In this document: one piece after another, positions 44,686 through 60,009 of the stretch
How positions within the stretch are numbered: position 1 is the first letter of the stretch
Layout: the number at the start of each line of letters is the position of its first letter
Source of the DNA: the human T2T-CHM13v2.0 reference genome, Homo sapiens
Direction: 5' to 3' (one strand)
NCBI RefSeq assembly: GCF_009914755.1
Contig: NC_060935.1
Length of the DNA stretch: 64,000 nucleotides
Position numbers and translations under genes: made by a program
Notes under the pieces: generated by a model
What the model was told of the DNA's origin: nothing
Seen by the model: the letters and a program-made list of their open reading frames with translations, nothing else
The model's database searches: none

Positions 44686-44818
44686 CTTTCATAAAGTACA
44701 ATGTCAGGTGAAATAGGTGGAGGCTGTTTGTAGTCAGGGGTTAGTAGAGATGGAAGAGACCCCAGGAATATCCTGGAAGGGGCTGTAATGTTCTGTTTCT
44801 TGAATTGGGTGTCGGTAA

Positions 44819-45143
<325 letters not shown>

Positions 45144-45583
45144 AGTATGTTCAGTTTGTAAGAAAAGTAGTGTTGACCTCTTCTACGTGCACATTTCTTT
45201 AAGTAATAATTCAATAAAGCATTTAGAAAAATTGGTCATAATAGGAGTGATTTGTAGAGTGATTGGCATGAAAGCTGATCACCTTAATTTGAACTACTCT
45301 GAAATGAGCACCAGGGGCCACCAAGAGGAACCTTTCAAGGTGTTATGGCCAAGGATAGGAGTGTGTTGTGTACATCTCTGCATAAAGGATTTGCTGGTTA
45401 TATGGAAGGATGAAGCCTCCTTCTGAGGACACAGGCAGCAAGGCAAGTGGAAGCCCAAAGCATTGAGCTTTCTAAATGGACTTTGCTAAAATCTTGTGGA
45501 TGACTCATGCTCTTAACATACACCCATGTACATATTGTCCATATAAACATTAATTCTGTAACAAGGCCCACACATAAGCGTAT

Positions 45584-45874
45584 TTTTTTCTTTTGAGACA
45601 GTCTTGCTTTATTGCCCAGGCTAGAGTACAGTGCCATAATCGTGACTTACTGCAACCTCCACCTCCTGGGCTCAAGCAATGCTGTGCCTCAGCCCCTGGA
45701 ATAGCTGGGACTACAGGTGCACACCACCATGCCTGGCTAATTTTTGTATTTTTAGTAGAAGCAAGGTTTCACCATGTTGGCCAGGCTGGTCTCAAACTCC
45801 TGGCCTCTAGTGATCTGCCCACCTCAGCCTCCTAAAGTGTTGGGATTACAGGTGTGAGCCACTGTGTCTGGGCC
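45584..45874 (-). mobile_element. Alu (J/S)
   Basis: Alu reverse complement; TSD-like ccacacataag on both sides. Confidence 0.92.
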
Positions 45875-46006
45875 CACACATAAGGTTTGAGTTGAGATAG
45901 AGAAACTCTGGCAGGACTGAGGAATTTGGCTACAGTCTCTGAGAAATATGCACAATTTCTGGAATCTTCTCTACTTCCAGAGTTCCCACTTTCTATCTGT
46001 CTCCTA

Positions 46007-46387
<381 letters not shown>

Positions 46388-46989
46388 TCAGAGTTGACTC
46401 TAACACAAATTTGGTAAGAGCCCGAGGTCTGGCCGGGCAAGAACCTTGATTGGCTTCATCCTGCAGCCTCTACTAGAATGAACAGCACTTTTTTCTTTAC
46501 TCATGAAAATGTTTTGTGCTTCGTACCTACAAGTACAATTTGTGTAAATTCTGCAAAATTTGCCGCATAACTCTGCCTGTATTAGCATTTTTCCTTTGAG
46601 AGATTTCTCAACACATCATCTTTGGACTATGTGGAATTGGAAATTTACTTAGAGTCAAAAACAAGTACAGGAAAGTCAGTTCTTAGTCAAGAGTTAGGTT
46701 TTCAAAGACAGTGGATAAAATAAAAAATCTAGTACAGTCAAGATTATACGTGCAAATCCCCTCATCATTCATAAAGTTTAGCAGTCAGTCTTACCGTGGC
46801 TCACCAGGTCCAATCCACACTTCTTCCTCCACGATTGGAGCAGAGGGTGATTTTTTTTATGAGCAACTGATGAAGTCATTTAGAGACAATTTGCGGTAGG
46901 AGCCCTGTGTATTAGAGACCAATCAATGTGCCCTCATGGCACCATTTCTTCCTCTCTCCCTCTTTGTTCTTGCCAAGTACCCATAGTTC

Positions 46990-48070
<1,081 letters not shown>

Positions 48071-48139
48071 AATGCAAAGAAAAAACAGCCCAAGTTGCAA
48101 TTTTATTCAACACTTGATTGGCTTTAAAAATAGATTCCA

Positions 48140-48275
48140 GGCTGGGCACGATGGCTCACGCCTGAAATCCCAGTGCTTTGGGAGGCTGTGGTGGAAGGAT
48201 TGCTTGTGGCCAGGAGTTCCAGGCCAGCCTTGGCAACATGGCAAGACCCTGTCTCTACAAAAAAAGAAAAAATAA
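48140..48275 (+). mobile_element. FLAM / Alu left monomer
   Basis: Monomer ending ccctgtctctacaaaaaaag. Confidence 0.8.
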
Positions 48276-48280
48276 ATATC

Positions 48281-49466
48281 AGCTGGGTGCAGTGGCTCAC
48301 ACCTGTAATCCCAGCACTTTGGGAGGCTGAGGCGGGCAGATCACCTGATATCAGTTCAAGACCAGCTTGGCCAACATGGTGAAACCCCTTCTCTACCAAA
48401 AATATAAAATTTAGCCTTTTGGTACTCTGAGCAGCACCATGGCGGTTGTTAAGAACAAGTGCCTTATGAAAGGTGGCAAAAAGGGAGTTAAGAAGAAAGT
48501 AGTTGGTCCATTCTCTAAGAAAGATCAGTATGATGTGAAAGCACCTGCTATGTTCAATATAAGAAATATTGGAAAGACTTGGTCACCAGGACCCAAGGAA
48601 CCCAAATTGCATCTGATGGTCTCAAGGGTCTTGTGTTTGAAATGAGTCTTACGGATTTGCAGAATGATGAAGTTGCATTTAGAAAATTCAAGCTGATTAC
48701 TGAAGATGTTCAGGGCAAAAACTGCCTGACTAACTTCTATGGCATGGGTCTTACCTGTGAAAAAATATGTTCCAAGGTTGAAAAATGTTCAACAATGATT
48801 GAAGCTCATGTTGATGTCAAGACTACCGATGGTTACTTCTTTCTTCTGTTTTGTGTTGGTTTTACTAAAAAACACAACAATCTGATACTGAAGACCTCTT
48901 ATGCTTAGCACCAACAGTATGCCAAATCCAGAAGATGATGGAAATCATGACCTGAGAGGTGCAGAAAAATGACTTGAAAGAAGTGGTTAATAAATTGATT
49001 CCAGACAACATTGGAAAAGATGTAGAAAACGCTTGCCAATTTATCCTCTCCTTGATGTCTTCATTAGAAAAGTAAAAATGCTGGAGAACCTTGGGTTTGA
49101 AAGGCGTGGAGCTTCGTGGTGACGGTAGTAGTTCTGGAAAACCCACTAGGGACGAGACACATGCTAAAGTTGAATGAGCAGATGGATATGAACCACCAAT
49201 CCAACAATCTGTTTAAAGTTCAGACTTAAAACATTGGCAAATAAGAAGTCCTATTTGTGAAAAACAAACAAGAAACAACAATGAAAAAAGCAAAATTAGC
49301 CTGGTGTGGTGGTGCATGCCTGTAATCCTAGCTACTCAGGAGGCTGAGGCATGAGAATTACTTGAACCCAGGAGACACAGGTTGCAGTGAGCCAAGATTG
49401 CACTATTGCACTCCAGCCTGGGCAACAGAGTGAGACTCTCTCCAAAAAGAAAGAGGAAAAAAAAAG
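48281..49466 (+). mobile_element. AluS split by the RPS3A retrocopy (left arm 48281-48416, right arm 49292-49466)
   Basis: Left arm ends aaaatttagcc; right arm resumes aaaattagcctggtgtggtgg. Confidence 0.88.
48415..49290 (+). pseudogene. RPS3AP: RPS3A processed pseudogene, full length
   Basis: 5' ccttttggtactctgagcagcaccATG (48439) [36 protein letters not shown]...; frameshift near 48578; stops at 48906 and 48953; terminal TAA at 49214-16; decayed poly-A at about 49258-49290; no introns. Confidence 0.96.
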
Positions 49467-49469
49467 TAT

Positions 49470-49683
49470 ACGGTCTTGGTGGCATGTGCCTGTAGTCTCA
49501 GCTACTCTGAAGGCTGAGGTGGGAGGATAGCTTGAGGCCAGGAGTAATTTGAGGCTGCAGTGAACTATGATTGTGACACTGCACTCCAGACTGGACTGCA
49601 GAGCAAGACCCTGCCTCACATACATACATACATACATACATGCATGCATACATACATACACACACACGCACATACATACATAC
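49470..49683 (+). mobile_element. Alu right monomer (FRAM/AluJ) with a (TACA)n tail
   Basis: tgtagtctcagctactctgaaggctgaggtgggaggatagcttgag; (CATA)n at 49619-49683. Confidence 0.82.
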
Positions 49684-49984
49684 CGAGGCTTTATCTCCGG
49701 TGATTCGACTCAGTAGGGTGGGGTATCCCCTAGGGATCCTGCTGTTCAGCCTGGTCTGGGATCCACTTTTCATTGGGAACTGAGACACTGGCTGTGAGCC
49801 TTTCTGTCCTGTGATGTAGAGGTCATGGCGATGCAGGTTCAAGCTTAAGGAGACCTGACTGTGTATTAGGTATTGTGCTGAACATCATCTCTTACTCTCA
49901 CAACAACATCCTTAGAAGGTTAATGATGTGTCCCCGCTCTACAGACGAGGAACTGAACTTTCAGAGGAGTTTAGCTTGTTCAAA

Positions 49985-50665
49985 ACTTATTCTTCCTATT
50001 GGAAACTTTGTACCCTTTGAGCAGTGTCTCCTATCCCCTAACTTTCCTCCACCCCAGCCCCTGATAACCACTGTCCTACTCTCTATTTCTGTGAGTTCAA
50101 CTTCTTTAGATTCCACATATAAGTAAAATCATGCAGTATCTGTCTTTCTGTGCCTGGCTTATTTCACTTAACACAATGTCTTTCAAGTTCATCTATGTTG
50201 TTGAAAATGACAGGATTTCTTTCTTTTTTAAGAGTTAATAGTATTCCGTTGTGTGTATGTAGTACATTTGCTTTATCCTTTCATCCACTGATGGACACTT
50301 AGGTTGATTCTATATCTTGGGTATTGTGAATAGTGCTGCAGTGAACACAGGAATGTAGGGATCCCTTCGACATATTGATTTCGATTTTTTTTTTGTCTAT
50401 ACCCAGAAGTTGGGTTGCTGGATTGTATGTTTTGAAATCTATAGCACAGCAGCGTGACTATAGTCAATAATAATGTATCTTTCAAAATAACTAAGAGGCT
50501 ACATTTCAAATGTCTCATCATAAAAATTGTCAGTAAATTAGTGGATGGACATTTTAATTAGTTTGATCTAATCATCCCACATTGTATACACATATCAAAA
50601 CATCACATAAACGTGTACAATTATGATTTGTCAATTAAAATAACGTTAGTTAAAAAAATAAGTAA
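49985..50665 (+). mobile_element. L1MA 3' end with a 5' inversion, inserted into a MIR
   Basis: 49985-50428 inverted, 50429-50660 direct; TSD CTTGTTCAAA at 49975-84 and 50666-75. Confidence 0.75.
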
Positions 50666-52578
50666 CTTGTTCAAAGCCCCAGTTGGGATTGATGGAGCCA
50701 GGACATGCACCAAGGCTTTTGCTCTCAGGCTCACAGAGTCCTTGGGCCACGAATGTTGAAGCCCTACCTGAGATTTCTACTGAGATCAGTGTAGGGATTC
50801 AATGTCTCAGAATCATCCCATCCCCCAGGGCCCACAAGTCCATGACCTTTGCCTCTACCCCCGAACCTGCTGACCTGAAATGTGGCCCCTGCTTTCATTT
50901 CCGGGAGCATACAACACTTACACCAAGCATTGATGGGTTTTATTGACTTCATTTGAGATGTGGGGCCATGGAGAGGGTCCCATGATCCTTGCTTGGTGTT
51001 GGCCAATTCATTGAATTCTCTCTTTGTATTCACCCTTCCCTTTTCTACTCACCTCCTCTGTCATGGATTGCTCTGAGAATTCTGAGCCCTAGTTCCTTTA
51101 TTTTGCAGATAACCTTCACTCTTCTCTGCAACGAATCCCAAAAGTATGTAGTTGAGGTGACTGCAAGGTGCTTGACACGCAAGAGACTCCACAAATGGGA
51201 TTCGGCCTCTGGAAAGTGATGGTAGTTCCAGATTTATGTGGATGTTACTTTGTTTTTCCCTATAAAATATATTCTTTAAACTATCAAGCTCTTGGCTCCT
51301 GGATGCAGTCCTTTGCTGGTGGCAGTGGGCTGGGTACTGTCACCGGGGAGAAATGCTGCCCACTTAGAGAAAGAGAAACTGGTTCTCTTTAAGAGGCAGA
51401 GGGAGGTTTCCAGTGCCAGTTTGTTTGGAGGCAAAATGGCTGTTGTATTAAAATTGCCCAAACTTGGGCTGGTGCCTTGTGTGTTTAGAGCTCAAAGCCA
51501 TGATTGTTTTCTTTTTTTTTTTTTTTTTTTTTTTGGTGGTCGGTTTTCCATCCTTTTGCTTGGTAGGTTTCTGCTAATAGCTTCGACCTCAAGAGTCCCA
51601 TTATACAGACACTAATAGCACCTACTATGTGTCAGTCTGTAGTGCCTACTATGTGCCAGGCATTGGAGATAATATAATGATGAACAAGATAAACATGGCA
51701 CTTGGAAAAGAGAGTCTAGTTCCCACTCTAAGCCCACCCCAAAGAGAGGCCAGAATTGGGCTTCCAAAGATCTCAGATGCCCTTGCATCATCTCCATGAA
51801 GAGGGTGGGTGAAGCTTTGGTGTCTGAAGAGAATTTGGCTGGACAATCCCCAAGGTTTGGAACGATGGGAAGGAGCTGCCATCTGTGTTTAAGGTGAGAA
51901 GGGGGGAGTGGCTGGATATCGGAGGAAGCCAAGATGAAGAGAAGGTTTTTGTGAGTTCCTATGCATAGTGGAGACCTGTTACAGTGAGGGTCCCTGGGGC
52001 TGAGCCTGTGGGTCAGTGGAATGATGCTGTGAGGAGGGTCTTGTTATAGCAGATGGCCCAAAAAAGGCTGATGGATCATGAGCAGCTGGAAGAATGTAGA
52101 GTTCGGGGGAAGTAGTTCCTACCTGGCTTTCCAACAGTGTGTAAGCCCAGAATTCTTACATAAGCCCATGGAGAAGGGAAAGGAATGCTGGTAACGACAA
52201 GATTGAATTCTCCACCTGCCAGGCATCCAGGGACTCAGAGCAGATTTAAGTGAAGTTACAGAAATAGGAATGTGACATTTCCTACAACCGGGTGTGCTGG
52301 AGCAAAATGTATTCCCTCTCTGGTTTGTGGGGAAGGAGAATGCTAACAGACAAGACTCCAGGTTTTTGCTCTTAAACCTGGCGCCTAGAAATGCATTTTC
52401 TACTGGATGCAGACAGAAGCTCCATATAGACATATCCATCGCTGCATCGCTCATGCCTTGTGTTCTCTCTAATTTTCCCTTTTTAAACCACAGAGGAAGA
52501 AAATTCCAGCATCACTTCTGGCCTCTCAAGAGTGAGTTAGGTGGCCAGGTGGGGTTATTCATGCCTGTAATCTCATAA

Positions 52579-53599
52579 TGAAGGGGTGGCCTGCCCCTCC
52601 ACACCTGTGGGTATTTCTAGTCAGGTGGGATGAGAGACAAAAAAGAAATAAGACACAAAGTATAGAGAAACAACAGTGAGCCCAGGGGACCGGCGCTCAG
52701 CATACCAAGGACCTGCACTGGCACCAGTCTCTGATTTCCCTCAGTTTTTATTGATTATTATCTTCATTATTTCAGCAAAAAGGAATGTAGTAGGAGGGCA
52801 GGGTGATAATAAGGAGAAGGTCAGCAACAAACATGTGACTAATAGAATCTATGTCATAATGAAGTTCAAGGGAAGGTACTAAGACTGGACATGCACGTAA
52901 GCCAGATTTAGGTTTCTCTCCACCCAAACATCTCAGTGGAGTAAAGAATAACAAGGCAGCATTGCTGCAAACATGTCTCGCCTCCCACCACAGGGCGGTT
53001 TTCCCCCCATCTCAGAATTGAACAAATGTACAATCGGGTTTTATACCGAGACATTCAGTTCCCAGGGGCGGGCAGGAGACAGTGGCCTTCCTCTATCTCA
53101 ACTGCAAGAGGCTTTCCGCTTTGACTAGTCCACCTCAGCACAGACCCTTTATGGGTGTCGGGCTGGGGGACTGTCAGGTCTTTCTCATCCCACGAGGCCA
53201 CTTTTCAGACTATCACATGGGGAGAAACCTTGGACAATACTCAGCTTTCAAGGGCAGGGCTCCCTGCAGCTTTCCATAGTGTATTGTGCCCCTGGTTTAT
53301 TGAGACTAGAGAATGGCGATGACTTTTACCAAGTATATTGCTGGCAAACTTTTTGTTAACAAGGCACGTCCTGCACAGCCCTACATCCCTTAAACCTTGA
53401 TTTCATACAACACATGTTTTTTGAGCTCCAGGTTGGGTCAAAGTGGTTGGGGAAAAGTGGCTGGGGCAAAGCTACAGATTAAAAACATCTCAGCAAAGCA
53501 ATTGTTTAAAGTACAGTTCTTTTTCAAAATGGAGTCTCTTATGTCTTCCCTTTCTATGTAGACACAGTAACAGTCTGATCTCTCTTTCTTTCCCCTACA
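52579..53599 (-). mobile_element. HERV-K(HML-2) 3' LTR, LTR5A type
   Basis: Minus strand TGTAGGGGAAAGAAAGAGAG...GCCACCCCTTCA, preceded by polypurine tract AAAACGAAAAGGGGGATA; abuts a 5' Alu stub at 52543-52576. Confidence 0.94.
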
Positions 53600-53922
53600 T
53601 ATCCCCCTTTTCGTTTTGACAAAACCACCACCGTCATCATGGCCCCTTCTCCCTGGTCGCTGTCTCTCTGGAGCTGCTGGATACACCTGTAGACTAACAA
53701 TAGAAAAGTCAGACATACAAGAATTAATACAAAATTTGCAATAGTGGAATTTCCGGTGGTTTTAACCCAACTGACAGGGGGCAACAGGACGGTGTGGGTG
53801 CTGCGGCACCCAGGCAGTCTCCCACCTCCTTTGTGTCTTAGTTGCTGTTTCTCATAGTTTTCAGTCTTTCTCCTCACCTGCTGACTCGCACCTTTTATCT
53901 CTTTGTCTCCCTTCTCTTATGG

Positions 53923-53954
<32 letters not shown>

Positions 53955-54498
53955 ACTATCTCCCCAATCTCACTTTCTGTGTCTGTCTCTGATCTCCGTC
54001 TCTTTTTCTTTCTATTCTTCTCCCTGGCTCTCCACATGTGCTGTTTTCTTGGTGGATGGTAACTTTATCTGTTCTTCTGATATCACCATTTTGTTCATCC
54101 TGCGGGTGGATGATGCTCGATTGTGGGTTTTCTGTCTCTGCGGAGGCACTTTCATTTGCATCTCTGATGGGTTCATTGTAGAACTTCAAATGTCTAGTGG
54201 GTATCCAAACAGGAAGCTGATTTTCTCCTGGTGAAACACGAGCAAAACCTCTCCCCCATGTTATCACCTTACCTATTTCCCATGTTTTGTTTTTGTTGTC
54301 TTTCCACCAAATCAGTTTTCCCTCATGTGGGCTTTTCTTTTTACCAGTAAAATGTTCTGCAGAAGTAGTGGTCTGATTTCTATGTATGTTTAGAAAATTT
54401 AAAGTATAGAGTGTTAGATTAAGTTGCACCTGGGGAGTGTTATACTCCTTACTGTCTTTTTCCTTTTTTTGTTTAACCAATTGAGCTTTGAGTGTTCT
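53600..54498 (-). mobile_element. HERV-K(HML-2) internal remnant: integrase C-terminus, env start, non-viral insert, env TM tail
   Basis: [68 protein letters not shown] (IN); env ATG at 54176 [22 protein letters not shown]; [45 protein letters not shown] (TM tail). Confidence 0.92.
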
Positions 54499-55073
54499 AA
54501 GCAGGACAGGTAAGATCTGGGTCTGGCACAGCCAGCCAGGTCTCCTTACCCTCTGCTTCCCTTTCTGCCTGTGACTGAATGGGTATGTCAGGGTCTAGTA
54601 GGGGTTCCAGGAGGAAGAAGCCTCATTAACTTCTATTCTGCAGCAATTGATGGCCACCCAACTTGAACAGTGGGGCTTATCACCTCATGTACTAAGACCG
54701 GAGATAGCTGATGCCAAGGGTGTCTAAATTAGTAGCTTGAGATGTTAGGTTTTTCACTTGAGGTTTCTATGCTGCTATTGTCTTCTGCTCTTGGTCACAG
54801 AGGCTGCCACAATCCGCATGTCAAGTCCTCATGTGACAATATCCAGAGACAGCAAGGAAGAGGTACAGTGTATTCCTGCATGTTTCTTAAAAAAAGTTTT
54901 TGATAGAGAATAATTGTACACATTTGTGGGGTCCATGTGAGATTCTGGTACATGCATGCAATGTGTAATGATCAAATCAGGGTCTTTAGGATATTAATCA
55001 CCTCAAACATTGATCATTTCTTTGTGTTGGGAATATTTCAAATCTTATTGCTATTTAGAAATATACAATAAAT

Positions 55074-57320
<2,247 letters not shown>

Positions 57321-58849
57321 ATATACAACAAATTATTGTAGTCACTTTCTGTGATAATGAACACTAGATCTTATTCCTTCTATTATATATTTTTATACCC
57401 ATTAATCAACTTCTTTTCAAACCCCTCCTATTCCCAGCCTCTGGTAACTATCATTCTACTCTTTATCTCCATGATATCAATTTTATATAGCTCCAGGGCA
57501 CACAAGTCCATAACTGCGGTCTCTATCCCTGACCCTACTGACCTGAAACATGGCCCCCGCTTTGATTTCCAGGAGCATAAACCGCTCATATAAGTGAGAA
57601 CATGCAATAGTTTTCTTTCTGTGCATGGCCTAGTTCACCTAACTTTATGACCTTTAATTCCATCCATTTAGCTGAAAATGACAGGATTTCATTCTTCTTT
57701 ATGGCTGAATACTATTCTATTGTGCGTATATTCTCATTTTCTTTATCCATTCATCCATTGATTGACGCTTAGATTGATTTCATATCTTGGCTATTGTAAA
57801 CAGTGCTGCAGTAAATATGGGGGTACAGATATCCCATTGATACACTGATATCCTTTTTTTTGGATATATACCCAGGAGTGGGATTGCTGGATCATATGGT
57901 AGATCTGTTCTCAGTTTTTTGAGAAATCTCTGTACTTTTTTTCATAATGGCTGTACTAATTTACATTTCCACCAACAATATACGATAATTTTCTTCTCTT
58001 CACATGCTTGCCAGCATTTGTTGTGCTTTGTCTTTTTAATAATAGCCATTCTATCAAGTGTGAGATGATATCTCACTGTGGTTTTGATTTGCATTTCCGT
58101 GATGATTAGTGATGTTGAATATTTTTTCATAAACTTGGTGATTTGTATATCCTCTTTTGAGAAATGTCTGTTTATATTTTGATAGTTTCTTTTGCTGTGC
58201 AGAAGCTCTTTCATTTAATTAGATCCCATTTGTCAATTTTTGCTTTTGTGGCAAATGCGTTTGGCATCTTCACCATGAACTCTTAGCCCATCACTATGTA
58301 CCGGATGGTATTGCCTAGGTTGTCTTCCAGGGTTTTTATAGTTATGGGTTTTACATTTAAGTATGTAGGCCATCTTGAGTTAATTTTTGTATATGGTGTA
58401 AGGGAGGGGTGTTGTCTTTTCACTCTGTTGATTGTTTTCTTTGATATGCAGAAGGTATTTAATATAATCCCATTTGTCTGTTTTTGTTGCTTGTACTTTT
58501 TAAGTGTTAGCCATACAATCTTTGTTCCCAAGCGTTTCTCCTGTGTTTACTTCTAGTAGTTTTATAGTTGTGGCTGTTACATTTAAGTCTTTAATTGATT
58601 TTGAGTTTATTTTTGTAAGTGATGAGAGATAAGGGTCTAGTTTTATTCTTCTGTGTTTGGATATCTAGTTTTCCTGGCACCATTTAATGAAGAGGGTGTC
58701 CTTTATTCAAAGTATGTTCTTGACAGCTTTCTTGAAAATCAGTTAGCTGTAAATATGTGGATTCATTTCTGGATTCTTTAGTCTGTTTCCTTTGTTTTTG
58801 TGTCTGTTTTAATACCAATACACTCTGTTTTGGTTACTATAGCTTTGCA

Positions 58850-59172
<323 letters not shown>

Positions 59173-59694
59173 GCTTTGCAGTATACTTTTAAATCAGGTA
59201 GTGTGAGGCTTCTAGCTTTGTTCTTTTTGCTCAGTATTGCTTTGGCTATTTGGGGTCTTCTGTGGTTCCATATGAATTTCAGGGTTTTTTTTTTTCCTGT
59301 TTCTGTGAAGAATATAATTGATAGGGATTATACTGAATCTCTAGATTGCTTCGGGTAGTATGGTCATTTTAACAGTATTAGTAATTCCAACCCACGAGCA
59401 TGAGATGCTTTTCCATTTTGTTTGTGTCTTCTCAATTTATTTTATCAGTGTCTTGTGGTTTTCATTGTAGAGGTTTTTTTGTTTGTTTGTTTGTTTGTTT
59501 GTTTGTTTGTTTGTTTTCCGCATCCTTGGTTAAGTTTATTCCTAGGTATTTTATTTTTGTAGCTATTGTAAATAGAATTTCTTCCTTGGTTTCTTTTTTA
59601 GTTAGTTTGTTACTGGTATATAGAAACATTACTGATTTTTGTATATTGATTTTGTGTCCTGAAGCTTTACTGAATTATACATCTGTTTTTTTAA

Positions 59695-60009
<315 letters not shown>

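Noticed and set aside
53438-53716. Np9-like ORF ([23 protein letters not shown])
   Set aside because: This is the overlapping frame present in any HML-2 env/LTR junction. The provirus is not type 1 and lacks its 5' LTR, so Np9 expression is unsupported.
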